Positions 26,615 to 39,400 of a stretch of DNA of 64,000 nucleotides are shown piece after piece. Where the stretch lies: positions 438,650,001-438,714,000 of the forward strand of contig OZ024740.1 of the NCBI GenBank assembly GCA_964016885.1, written 5' to 3'. Origin of the DNA: Eledone cirrhosa. Lineage: Eukaryota. The notes under the pieces are model-generated. The model saw nothing but the letters and a program-made list of their open reading frames with translations, searched no databases and was not told the origin of the DNA. Within the stretch, counting starts at the first letter, position 1, and every line of letters starts with the position of its first letter. The translations under genes and the position numbers were made by a program.

Positions 26615-26815
26615 ATGTTGTTTTGCAGTCCTAAGACTGTTTTAAGCAGACTTTTCAGCGATGTTCCAACCATGACCACTTCCTCCTAATTCAATAAATA
26701 TTCTATATAACATTACATTGCTACATTATTTAATGGATTTTTTCCAATTTTGAAGATGGTAAGTTGTGATCTGAGGGAAATTTAGCTACTATCTCTCGCA
26801 TGTCGATCAATCGCA
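26615..26815 (+). mobile_element. Old interspersed repeat, homologue of 11070-11275
   Basis: AGCAGAC..TTCCAACCATGACCA..AAGATGGT..GAGGGAAATTTAGCTACTAT. Confidence 0.45.
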
Positions 26816-27076
26816 CAATTTCTTCCTCCAAGGATCATTAGAGTTCCAATGTCGATGTTTGGAGCTGGTGCTGGAGTTGGTTCCATTGATGTTATTAGTA
26901 ACAAACTGGTTACTGTTGTTGTGGTGGTGCTGGTGCTGCTGCTGGTACCATTAATGATGTGAGTGCCAGACTGTTTGTTGTGGTGTTTTCTGGTGGTGAC
27001 CCGATGCTGGTGCTTGAGCCACAGCTGGTCAGAAAACTGTTTTTTATATTTCAATAGTTACTAACATGTTACAGAT

Positions 27077-27290
27077 GGCGGTACTTCTGCTGTTTGGCAG
27101 AATCGGTAGAGCATCGGACACACTGCTTCCCGACATAGAGTTACGTCCCTTTACAGTCTGAGTTCAAATCCCGCCGATGTTACTTTTACCTCTTATCCTT
27201 ACGGGGTCGATAAAATAAAGTACCAGTAATACATTGGGATAATTGCTGGCCTTGTGCCAAAAGCAGAAACAATAATTATTATTTTTAATA
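27077..27290 (+). mobile_element. tRNA-derived SINE (octopus-type), near full length
   Basis: A box TGGCAGAATCGG, B box GAGTTCAAATCC, body GGGGTCGATAAAATAAAGTACCAGT, (ATT)n tail. Confidence 0.85.
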
Positions 27291-28159
27291 AGGTTAGGGT
27301 TACAACTTGTTGGGTTTTTCTCACCTACTGTAACTGCTATATCTGTTGTTTAATCTTTAAATTCCCGATTTTCTCTGGTAACGAAGATATGTTTCCCATT
27401 AAATTGCTCTTGGGAATTTGAAGAAATATTGAAAATATTGGTAAAATATTCGAAACCAAACATTCACAAAAAATCCTAACGAATCTAAAAACATTGAAGC
27501 ATTGAGCAGATTCTGTGTTTACTCCTCTGTGTAAAAACATGTTACTGATGAGCCTGGAAATTAATGAAAACTTCGGCAAGAAACATACACAATATTCTAT
27601 TTAGTAAACACATTCTGTGGGAATTTTCTAAATTACAGTTATTCTTTTAAATATGCTGGCGTTAAAAAGTTATTCTTTGCTTCAAAGAAACCATTACTAC
27701 TATACTATTGTTTTAAATAATTCTTGTCGATTTCAATCGTCTTTTATCCCTAGGGTCTACTTAATCGTTAAGAAACCTTGAAAACTAAGTGCAAATTTTA
27801 AATTTGTTAAGAAAGGAGGTTAAATTTCTTTGGGGTTGACTGGTTGCCTTTATTTTAAAAGTTAGTCGGAGTAGTGTGTGTGAATGAGGCGGGGGTATTT
27901 CCTATGGCCTTTGTCACCTCACAGATGAATATTACAGGTGTAAATGGTGACCGGTTTCATCATTGCCAGATTAATATCTGTAACCAAAACGTGTAGAGGA
28001 AGAGAACTGAAAGTGTGATCCGAATCATTACAATGGCGTAAACTTCACTAAAAGGATCATAACACCAGATGATGGTGTTAGATTTTCTTCAGCGTGGTGG
28101 TCTTTGAAAGGATTGGATAGATCACCTGAAGGGCATGATGATGACGGTGAATGTTAAGG

Positions 28160-28378
28160 GTTGTTACCCCCTGGACTGGGTTGTGTGTTGTGTTCTTGAG
28201 CAAAACACTTCATTTCAAATATAGTCAACTGAAAATGAGTACCAACAATAGCTGGGAGTTTAACCTTGCGACAGACTTGCGTTTTATCCAGGGGTAACCT
28301 TGTACTCTCAATCACTTCACGCCACGGAAACCAGGATAAGCACCGGTCTGATGTGCCCCGGGCTCGAGACAGACTTTA
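28160..28378 (+). mobile_element. SINE with V-domain-like core
   Basis: TTCTTGAGCAAAACACTT..CCTTGCGACAGACT..TCCAGGGG..GGAAACCAGGATAAGCACCGG..AGACTTTA. Confidence 0.65.
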
Positions 28379-28778
28379 GACTCTTTTAAGCCTATCTTCA
28401 TTATCTAGGATAGCAAAGCTTACTCTGATATAATCTCCAAAGCTTCTCAACAAAACTTCGTCTGAAAGATGGTTGAGAAGGTGTCGAAGTACTAGGATAA
28501 TGATATTAAAATAAGAGAATGTGAGACTTGGGAGTAAAACAGTGGCACTGGTTATTAGAGTACCAAGTGCCATAAAGAAGGACATCATCCGAAACATAAA
28601 AAGATATTTCAGAACTCATTACTCTCCACAATTAAATTAAACATTACATACAAGACAAAGGATTGAGTAACTCAACTTGTACATTACGTCCTGTGTTCAC
28701 CACACAAAATACACAAACTACTCTAGAGAATCACAACCAAAATGTGTAACACAACCACAATATCACGACACATATATC

Positions 28779-28987
28779 CGGTTTGTGTCAGGTTTTGTTC
28801 AGGTTTTGTTCAGATTTTGTTCAGGTTTTGTGCCAGGTTTTGTTTAGGTTTTGTTCAGGCTTTGTGCCAGGTTTTGTGCCAGGTTTTGTTCAGGATTTGT
28901 GCCAGGTTTTGTGCCAGGTTTTGTGCCAGGTTTTGTTCAGGATTTGTGCCAGCTTTTGTGCCAGGTTTTGTGTCAGGTTTTGTGCAA
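28779..28987. repeat. 12-bp minisatellite (CAGGTTTTGTGC/CAGGTTTTGTT), about 17 units
   Basis: Read directly from the sequence. Confidence 0.9.
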
Positions 28988-29087
28988 TGATATGGAGACT
29001 AAACACAACACATTCTTATATAATCAACTTTTGACATTATACAAACAATAGCTTGCCCAACACATATACAACACATTTGTCATCGAT

Positions 29088-29590
29088 ATAACATGGAACT
29101 GCAACACACACACTATACCATCACCACATGGTACTACAACACAAACACGATACCATCACCACATGGTACTACAACACAAACACTATACCATCACCACATG
29201 GTACTGCAACACATACACTATACCATCATCACATGGTACTGCAAAACATACACTATACCATCACCACATAGTACTACAACACAAACACCATACCATCACC
29301 ACATGGTACTACAACACATACACTATACCATAAACACATGGTACTGCAACACATACACTATACCATAACCACATAGTACTAGAACACATACACTATACCA
29401 TAACCACATGGTACTACAACACATACACTATACCATCACCACACGGTACTGCAACACATACACTATACCATCACCACATGGTACTACAACACAACACTAC
29501 ACCATCACTACATAGTACTACAACACATACTACAATACAACACTGTACGATCTCTACATAGTACTACAACACATACCACAACACACTATA
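29088..29590. repeat. 35-bp minisatellite CATGGTACTACAACACATACACTATACCATCACCA, about 14 units
   Basis: CATGG recurs at 29092, 29127, 29162, 29197 and 29232. Confidence 0.9.
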
Positions 29591-30599
29591 TATGCAAAAC
29601 ACAATCCTTCATAAGAGATTCATTGTATTCTGTCCACTGGGCCCCCATTGGGTCACAATAGTGAAAGATGGAGGCAGTGGCAGTGGCAGTGGGATGGGAG
29701 GCAGTGGGGTGGGAGGCAGTGGAAGTGAGGAGACAGTGGGAAAGAGATGGAGGTAGTGAGAGTGTGTGTGGGGGGGGGAGTGACAGTGGTATTTTGGTTC
29801 CTTTGTGTTCGGACCTGGTGTATATGTCTATATGTTTTTACCACACCACATTAACTGTATATTTGAAAGTGTTTGAGTATATATAATATATTAAACAAGA
29901 ATGTTGAAAAATATTGTCTCTACTTATCACCCCCGGACCCCTCTCACCCCACCCCTCACACCACCCCACCCCCCATCCCTCCACCCCACCCCCTCACAAA
30001 AAAAAATACAATGCCCATATGTTAGACAAGAGACGAATCAGTAAATTACAGCCGAACAACAAACAAAAGCTATACAACATCATAGAAAGTGTATTTTTCA
30101 TCCCCCAAATAACAACAATTATGCACACACACCAGGAAGAGGAACATGTCCCTTGTGGAGCCCTAGAAACCCGCCCGAAACTGTCGACAACATAATTATC
30201 ATGTGAAGAATAAGTATTGCCATCGGCATTATTGTTGCTGTTACGTGTGTCTCTAGTATTTAAGATAGAGAGATATTTGTTGCAGCCTATTTGCTCCTGG
30301 GTGAAATAACAAGGGTAAAAACCTTTGTAGGAATTAAAGTACCAAGGAACATTTGCATCATTAGATCCCAGCAGAAAGGTTATATCAACCGAGTGCTTAA
30401 ATATTTTATTCATCTTGCTGGCATTCAGAGACAGGGAGTGCTGTGTAATTCACGCAGATCATTTGGGTTGAGAGAAGTTCTTTTTAAATTATTCATATCT
30501 ACAATCACACTCACATACGTACATAGAAATATACAACACTTTCCTATGGATTTAAACCATAGAGACGGACATGTATATATAATCAGACTATCTTAGGTA

Positions 30600-30663
30600 A
30601 TATCTACATACACATGCCTACACAAACACACGTGTACATACACACACATACACAGACACACAG

Positions 30664-30708
<45 letters not shown>

Positions 30709-30777
30709 AGTACATATATATAAGTACATATATATATGCATATATATATATATGCATATATGTACATAAACATATCA

Positions 30778-30812
<35 letters not shown>

Positions 30813-30842
30813 TACATATACATATGCATATATATATGTATA

Positions 30843-30894
<52 letters not shown>

Positions 30895-30911
30895 ACTACA
30901 TATACATATGC

Positions 30912-30942
<31 letters not shown>

Positions 30943-30973
30943 TATATAGGCATATATGTACATAAATATATCA

Positions 30974-31036
<63 letters not shown>

Positions 31037-31072
31037 TACATATACATATGCATATATATATGTATATATATA

Positions 31073-31139
<67 letters not shown>

Positions 31140-31200
31140 GTGACTGTTTGCGTATGCATGTGTATATAGATATTGCCTAAGAGTCTACGAGTATATATGT
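30600..31200. repeat. (CA)n/(TA)n microsatellite field
   Basis: Read directly from the sequence. Confidence 0.95.
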
Positions 31201-31364
31201 ATCTATGGTTTAACTCAATAGAAGAGTGTTACGATCCATTTTCGGAAGCTTCAGTTTGTAGAAGATGGCCGTAGTGGCGGGGTGTCATCAGTCTAACTAG
31301 GGAGCGGTTTTTCCCAGCTTAATAGGTGGATTGTCTTTATTAGTACTAAATGTTTAACCTAAAA

Positions 31365-31560
31365 TAATTGTTTCTACTTTTGGCACAAGGCCAGCAATTA
31401 TCGCAGTGTATTACTGGTACTTTATTTTATCGACCCCGTAAGGATGAAAGGCTAAGTTAACCCCAGCGGGATTTCAACTCAGATAGTAAAGGGCCGTATG
31501 TCTTTACTGCAAAGCATGGCGTCCGACCCTCTACGGATACTGCCAATCCACCGCCCTAGC
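31365..31560 (-). mobile_element. tRNA-derived SINE (same family as 27077-27290)
   Basis: The reverse complement has B box GAGTTGAAATCC and the same body. Its head merges into the 45-bp array. Confidence 0.85.
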
Positions 31561-33047
31561 ATGGCGTCCAACCCTCTACCAATACTGCCAGTCCACGACC
31601 CTAACATGGCGTCCGACCCTCTACCGTTACTGCCAATCCACCACCCTAACATGGCGTGCGACCCTCTACCGATACTGCCAGTCCACCACCCTAACATGGC
31701 GTGCAACCCTCTACCGATACTGCCAATCCACCGCCCTAGCATGGCGTCCAACCCTCTACCGATACTGCCAATCCACCACCCTAAAATGGCGTCCGACCCT
31801 CTACCGATACTGCCAATCCACCGCCCAAGCATGGCGTCCGACCCTCTACCGATACTGCCAATCCACCACCCTAAAATGGCGTCCGACCCTCTACCGATAC
31901 TGCCAATCCACCGCCCTAACATGGCGTCCGACCCTCTACCGATACTGCCAATCCACCGCCCTAACATGGCGTCCGTCCCTCTACCGATACTGCCAATCCA
32001 CCGCCCTAATATGGCGTCCGACCCTCTACCGATCCTGCCGATCCACCGTCCTAACATGGCGTCCGACCCTCTACCGATACTGCCAATCCACCACCCTAAC
32101 ATGGCGTGCGACCCTCTACCGATACTGCCAGTCCACCACCCTAACATGGCGTGCAACCCTCTACCGATACTGCCAATCCACCGCCCTAGCATGGCGTCCA
32201 ACCCTCTACCGATACTGCCAATCCACCACCCTAAAATGGCGTCCGACCCTCTACCGATACTGCCAATCCACCGCCCAAGCATGGCGTCCGACCCTCTACC
32301 GATACTGCCAATCCACCACCCTAAAATGGCGTCCGACCCTCTACCGATACTGCCAATCCACCGCCCTAACATGGCGTCCGACCCTCTACCGATACTGCCA
32401 ATCCACCGCCCTAACATGGCGTCCGTCCCTCTACCGATACTGCCAATCCATCGCCCTAACATGGCCTCCGGCCGTCTACCGATACTGCCAATCTACCACC
32501 CTAACATGGCGTCCAACCCTCTACCAATACTGCCAATCCACTACACTAACATGGCGTCCGACCCTCTACCGATACTGCCAATCCACTACACTAACATGGC
32601 GTCCGACCCTCTACCGATACTGCCAATCCACTACCCTAACATGGAGTCCGACCCTCTACCGATACTGCCAATCCACTACCCTAACATGGCGTCCGGCCCT
32701 CTACCGATACTGCCAATCCCCCGCCCTAAAATAGCGTCCGACCCTCTACCGATATGACCAATCCACCGCCCTAATATGGCGTCCGACCCGCTACCGATAC
32801 TGGCTATCCACCGCCCTAAAAAGGCGTACGACCCTCTACCGATACTGCCAATCCACCGCCCTAACATGGCGTCAGACCCTCTACCGATACTGCCAATCTA
32901 CCGCCCTAACATGGCGTCCGACCCTCTATCGATACTGCCAGTCCATCGCCCTAACATGGCGTCCGACCCTCTATCGATACTGCCAGTCCATCGCCCTAAC
33001 ATGGCGTCCGACCCTCTACCAATTCTACCAATCTCCCGCCCTAAAAT
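31515..33047 (-). repeat. 45-bp minisatellite derived from the SINE 5' head, about 34 units
   Basis: Minus-strand unit GGCGGTGGATTGGCAGTATCGGTAGAGGGTCGGACGCCATGTTAG. Internal 450-bp duplication (31651 versus 32101). Confidence 0.92.
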
Positions 33048-33179
33048 GATATATTGTACTCCAGATTAGAAAGGAATATTGGTCAACACATTATACTTTT
33101 TGGTGTTTCTATTTCACAGAGAAGCCATTGTTAGTAGGGTTTATTTGTGATCAAGAATAGGCAGAAATGTTGTAGTGAG

Positions 33180-33458
33180 GAGGAGATGTTGACCACAATG
33201 TTGGTAGGTAGCGAGGAAGAGGAGGAGGAGGAAGAGATCTTGACCAGAATGGTGGGAGGTAGCGAGGAGGAGATCTTGACCAGAGTGGTGGGAGGAGTAG
33301 ATAGAGCCATGACCTAGAATAGCCACACATGTAGCGAGAGGAGGAGATCTTGACCAGAGTGGTGGGAGGAGTAGATAGAGCCATGACCTAGAATAGCTAC
33401 ACATGTAGCGAGAGGAGGAGATCTTGACCAGAGTGGTGGGAGGAGTAGATAGAGCCAT
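33180..33458. repeat. 74-bp tandem repeat (2.5 units) preceded by proto-units of about 36 bp
   Basis: AGATCTTGACCAGAGTGGTGG at 33271, 33345 and 33419. Confidence 0.9.
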
Positions 33459-36400
33459 GTTAGATATGTTAGATATGTTAGAGATGTTAGATATGTTAGA
33501 TATGTTAGACATGTTAGATATGTTAGATATGTTAGATAATGTTAGATATGTTAGACATGTTAGATATATTAGATATGTTATGTTAGATATGTTAGATATG
33601 TTAGATATGTTACATATGTTAGATATGTTAGACATGTTAGATATGTCAGACATGTTAGACATGTAAGATATGTTAGATATGTTAGATATGTTAGATATGT
33701 TAGATATGTTAGACATGTTAGACATGTTAGATATGTTAGATATTTTAGATATGTTAGATATGTTAGACATGTTTGATATGTTAGATATGTTAGATATGTT
33801 AGATTTGTTAGATATGTTAGATATGTTAGATATGTTAGACATGTTAGATATGTTAGATATGTTATGTTAGATATGTTAGACATGTTAGATATGTTAGATA
33901 TGTTAGATATGTTAGATATGTTAGACATGTTAGATGTGTTAGAAATGTTAGATATGTTAGACATGTTAGATATGTTAGATATGTTAGTTATGTTAGACAT
34001 GTTAGATATGTTAGACATGTTAGATATGTTAGACATGTTAGATATGTTAGACATGTTAGATATTTTAGATATGTTAGATATATTAGATATGTTGGATATG
34101 TTAGATATGTTAGATATGTTAGACATGTTAGACATGTTAGATATGTTAGACATGTTAGACATGTTGGATATGTTAGATATGTTAGATATGTTAGATATGT
34201 TAGACATGTTTGATATGTTAGATATGTTAGATATGTTAGATTTGTTAGATATGTTAGTCATGTTAGACATGTTAGATATGTTATGTTAGATGTGTTAGAC
34301 ATGTTAGATATGTTAGACATGTTAGATATTTTAGATATGTTAGATATGTTAGATATGTTAGACATGTTAGATATGTTAGATATGTTAGATTTGTTAGATA
34401 TGTTAGATATGTTAGATATGTTAGACATGTTAGATATGTTAGATATGTTATGTTAGATGTGTTAGACATGTTAGATATGTTAGACATGTTAGATATTTTA
34501 GATATGTTAGATATGTTAGATATGTTAGACATGTTAGATATGTTAGATATGTTAGATTTGTTAGATATGTTAGATATGTTAGATATGTTAGACATGTTAG
34601 ATATGTTAGATATGTTATGTTAGATGTGTTAGACATGTTAGATATGTTAGACATGTTAGATATTTTAGATATGTTAGATATGTTAGATATGTTAGACATG
34701 TTAGATATGTTAGATATGTTAGATATGTTAGATATGTTAGATATGTTAGACATGTTAGATATGTTAGACATGTTAGATATGTTAGACATGTTAGATATGT
34801 TAGACATGTTAGATATGTTAGATATTTTAGATATGTTAGATATGTTAGACATGTTTGATATGTTAGATATGTTAGATATGTTTGATTTGTTAGATATGTT
34901 AGATATGTTATGTTAGATATGTTAGATATGTTAGACATGTTAGATATGTTAGATATGTTATGTTAGATGTGTTAGACATGTTAGATATGTTAGACATGTT
35001 AGATATTTTAGATATGTTAGATATGTTAGATATGTTAGACATGTTAGATATGTTAGATATGTTAGATATGTTAGATATTTTAGATATGTTAGATATGTTA
35101 GATATTTTAGATATGTTAGATATGTTAGACATGTTTGATATGTTAGATATGGTAGATATGTTAGATTTGTTAGATTTGTTAGATATGTTACGTTAGTTAT
35201 GTTAGATATGTTAGACATGTTAGATATGTTAGATATGTTAGATATGTTAGATTTGTTAGATTTGTTATATATGTTAGATATGTTAGATATGTTAGATTTG
35301 TTATATATGTTAGATATGTTAGATATGTTAGATATGTTAGACATGTTAGATATTTTAAGATATGTTAGACATGTTAGATATGTTTGATATGTTAGATATG
35401 TTAGATATGTTAGACATGTTAGACATGTTGGATATGTTAGATATGTTAGATATGTTAGATATGTTAGATATGTTAGATATGTTAGACATGTTAGAGGTGT
35501 TAGACATGTTAGATATTTTAGATATGTTAGACATGGATATGTTAGACATGTTAGATATGTTAGACATGTAAGATATGTTAGATATGTTAGACATGTTAGA
35601 TATGTTAGATATGCTAGATATATTAGATAAGTTAGATATGTTAGATATGTTAGACATGTTAGATATGTTAGATATGTTAGATATGTTAGACATGTTAGAT
35701 ATGTTAGACATGTTAGATATGTTAGATATGTTAGATATGTCAGACATGTTAGATATGTTAGATATGTTAGACATGTTAGACATGTTAGATATGTTAGATA
35801 TGTTAGACATGTTAGATATGTTAGATATGTTAGATATGTTAGATATGTTAGACATGTTAGATATGTTAGATATGTAAGATATGTTAGATATGTTAGATAT
35901 GTTAGACATGTTAGATATGTTAGATATGTAAGATATGTTAGATATTTTACATATGTTAGATATGTTAGACATGTTAGATATGTTAGATATGTTAGATATG
36001 TTAGATATGTTAGATATGTCAGACATGTTAGATATGTTAGATATGTTAGACATGTTAGACATGTTAGATATGTTAGACATGTTAGATATGTTAGACATGT
36101 TAGACATGTAAGATATGTTAGATATTTTACATATGTTAGATATGTTAGACATGTTAGATATGTTAGATATGTTAGACATGTTAGATATGTTAGAGATGTT
36201 AGATATGATAGACATGTTAGATATGTTAGATATGTTAGATTTGTTAGATTTGTTAGACATGTTAGATATGTTAGATATGTTAGATATGTTATGTTAGATA
36301 TGTTAGACATGTTAGATATGTTAGATATGTTAAATATGTTAGACATGTTAGATATGTTAGATATGTTAGATATGTTAGACATGTTAGATATGTTAGATAT

Positions 36401-39400
36401 GTTAGACATGTTAGATGTGTTAGACATGTTAGAGGTGTTAGACATGTTAGATATGTTAGATATGTTAGACATGTTAGATATGTTAGATATGTTAGTTATG
36501 TTAAACATGTTAGATATGTTAGACATGTTAGATATGTTAGACATGTTAGATATTTTAGATATGTTAGATATGTTAGATATGTTAGATATGTTAGATATGT
36601 TAGAAATGTTAGATATGTTAGACATGTTAGAGGTGTTCGACATGTCAGATATGTTAGATATGTTAGATATGTTAGATATGTTAGATATGTCAGATATGTT
36701 AGATATGTTAGATATATTAGATATGTTAGATGAGTTAGATATGTTAGATATGTTAGATATGTTAGATATGTTAGACATGTTAGATATGTTAGATATGTTA
36801 GATATGTTAAATATGTTAGATATGTTAGATATGTTAGGTATGTTAGATATGTTAGATATGTTAGATATGTTAGACATATTAGATATGTTAGATATGTTAG
36901 ACATGTTAGACATGTTAGATATGTTAGATATGTTAGATATGTTAGATATGTTAGATATGTTACACATGTTAGACATGTAAGTCATGTTAGATATGTTAGA
37001 CATGTTAGATATGTTAGACATGTTAGATATGTTAGACATGTTATATATGTTAGACATGTTAGATATGTTAGATATGTTAGATATGTTAGACATGTTAGAT
37101 ATGTTAGATATGTTAGATATGTTAGACATGTTAGACATGTAAGATATGTTAGATATGTTAGACATGTTAGATATGTTAGATATGTTAGATATGTTAGACA
37201 TGTTAGATATGTTAGATATGTTAGATATGTTAGACATGTTAGATATGTTAGATATGTTAGATATGTTAGACATGTTAGATATGTTAGATATGTTAGATAT
37301 GTTAGACATGTTAGATATGTTAGATATGTTAGATATGTTAGATATGTTATATATGTTAGATATGTTAGATATGTTAGATATGTTAGACATGTTAGATATG
37401 TTAGATATGTAAGATATGTTAGATATGTTAGATATGTTAGATATGTTAGACATGTTAGATATGTTAGATATGTTAGATATGTCAGACATGTTAGATATGT
37501 TAGATATGTTAGACATGTTAGACATGTTAGATATGTTAGACATGTTAGATATGTTAGACATGTTAGACATGTAAGATATGTTAGATATGTTAGACATGTT
37601 AGATATGTTAGACATGTTAGATATGTTAGATATGTTAGACATGTTAGATATGTTAGACATGTTAGATATGTTAGATATGTTAGATATGTTAGACATGTTA
37701 GATATGTTAGATATGTTAGACATGTTAGATATGTTAGACATGTTAGATATGTTAGATATGTTAGACATGTTAGATATGTTAGACATGTTAGATATGTTAG
37801 ACATGTTAGATATGTTAGACATGTTAGACATGTAAGATATGTTAGATATTTTACATATGTTAGATATGTTAGACATGTTAGATATGTTAGATATGTTAGA
37901 CATGTTAGATATGTTAGACATGTTAGATATGTTAGAGATGTTAGATATGATAGACATGTTAGATATGTTAGATATGTTAGATTTGTTAGATTTGTTAGAT
38001 ATGTTATGTTAGTTATGTTAGATATGTTAGATATGTTATGTTAGATATGTTAGACATGTTAGATATGTTAGATATGTTAGATATGTTAGATATGTTAGAC
38101 ATGTTAGATGTGTTAGACATGTTAGATATGTTAGACATGTTAGATATGTTAGATATGTTAGTTATGTTAAACATGTTAGATATGTTAGACATGTTAGATA
38201 TGTTAGACATGTTAGATATTTTAGATATGTTAGATATGTTAGATATGTTAGACATGTTAGATATGTTAGATATGTTAGATATGTTAGATATGTTAGATAT
38301 GTTAGACATGTTAGACATGTTAGATATGTTAGATATGTTAGATATGTTAGATATGTTAGATATATTAGATATGTTAGATGAGTTAGATATGTTAGATATG
38401 TTAGATATGTTAGATATGTTAGACATGTTAGATATGTTTGATATGTTAGATATGTTAGATATGTTAGACATGTTAGACATGTTAGACATGTTAGATGTGT
38501 TAGACATGTTAGATATGTTAGACATGTTAGATATGTTAGATATGTTAGTTATGTTAAACATGTTAGATATGTTAGACATGTTAGATATGTTAGACATGTT
38601 AGATATTTTAGATATGTTAGATATGTTAGATATGTTAGACATGTTAGATATGTTAGATATGTTAGATATGTTAGATATGTTAGGTATGTTAGATATGTTA
38701 GATATGTTAGATATGTTAGATATGTTAGATATGTTAGGTATGTTAGATATGTTAGATATGTTAGATATGTTAGATATGTTAGATATGTTAGATATGTTAG
38801 ATATGTTAGATATGTTAGATATGTTAGATATGTTAGGTATGTTAGATATGTTAGATATGTTAGATATGTTAGATATGTTAGATATGTTAGATATGTTAGA
38901 TATGTTAGATATGTTAGGTATGTTAGATATGTTAGATATGTTAGATATGTTAGATATGTTAGATATGTTAGATATGTTAGATATGTTAGATATGTTAGAT
39001 ATGTTAGATATGTTAGGTATGTTAGATATGTTAGATATGTTAGATATGTTAGATATGTTAGATATGTTAGATATGTTAGATATGTTAGATATGTTAGATA
39101 TGTTAGATATGTTAGGTATGTTAGATATGTTAGATATGTTAGATATGTTAGATATGTTAGATATGTTAGATATGTTAGATATGTTAGATATGTTAGGTAT
39201 GTTAGATATGTTAGATATGTTAGATATGTTAGATATGTTAGATATGTTAGATATGTTAGATATGTTAGATATGTTAGATATGTTAGGTATGTTAGATATG
39301 TTAGATATGTTAGATATGTTAGATATGTTAGATATGTTAGATATGTTAGATATGTTAGATATGTTAGATATGTTAGGTATGTTAGATATGTTAGATATGT

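Larger units (their letters stand above)
26830..33215 (-). pseudogene. Possible decayed exons of a VWA-domain extracellular protein gene, interleaved with repeats
   Basis: Minus-strand fragments VDITFLLGS..YFNSYKGF (about 30330-30400), KSNLMGNISSLPEKIGN (about 27360-27410, bounded by TTTCCAG and GTGAG sites), VIIM..GDLSNPFK..SGVMILLV (about 28050-28150) and a Ser/Thr/Pro-rich segment (26830-27030). All have stops or frameshifts. The resemblance was judged by eye only. Confidence 0.3.

Noticed and set aside
27920-28160. Minus-strand frame interrupted only by TGA codons (selenoprotein or alternative code)
   Set aside because: No SECIS or recognisable protein. Better explained by decayed sequence.
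28325-28360. GAAAC...GTCTGATG in the SINE as a permuted hammerhead
   Set aside because: No room for stem I, and the core reads CTGATGT.
31479-33069. MASDPLPILPIHRP repeat protein ORFs
   Set aside because: The unit is a SINE head and its length is a multiple of 3. Open on both strands as an artefact.
28779-33458. CRISPR-like appearance of the 35-, 45- and 74-bp repeats
   Set aside because: Units are directly adjacent with no unique spacers, there are no cas genes, and the context is eukaryotic.
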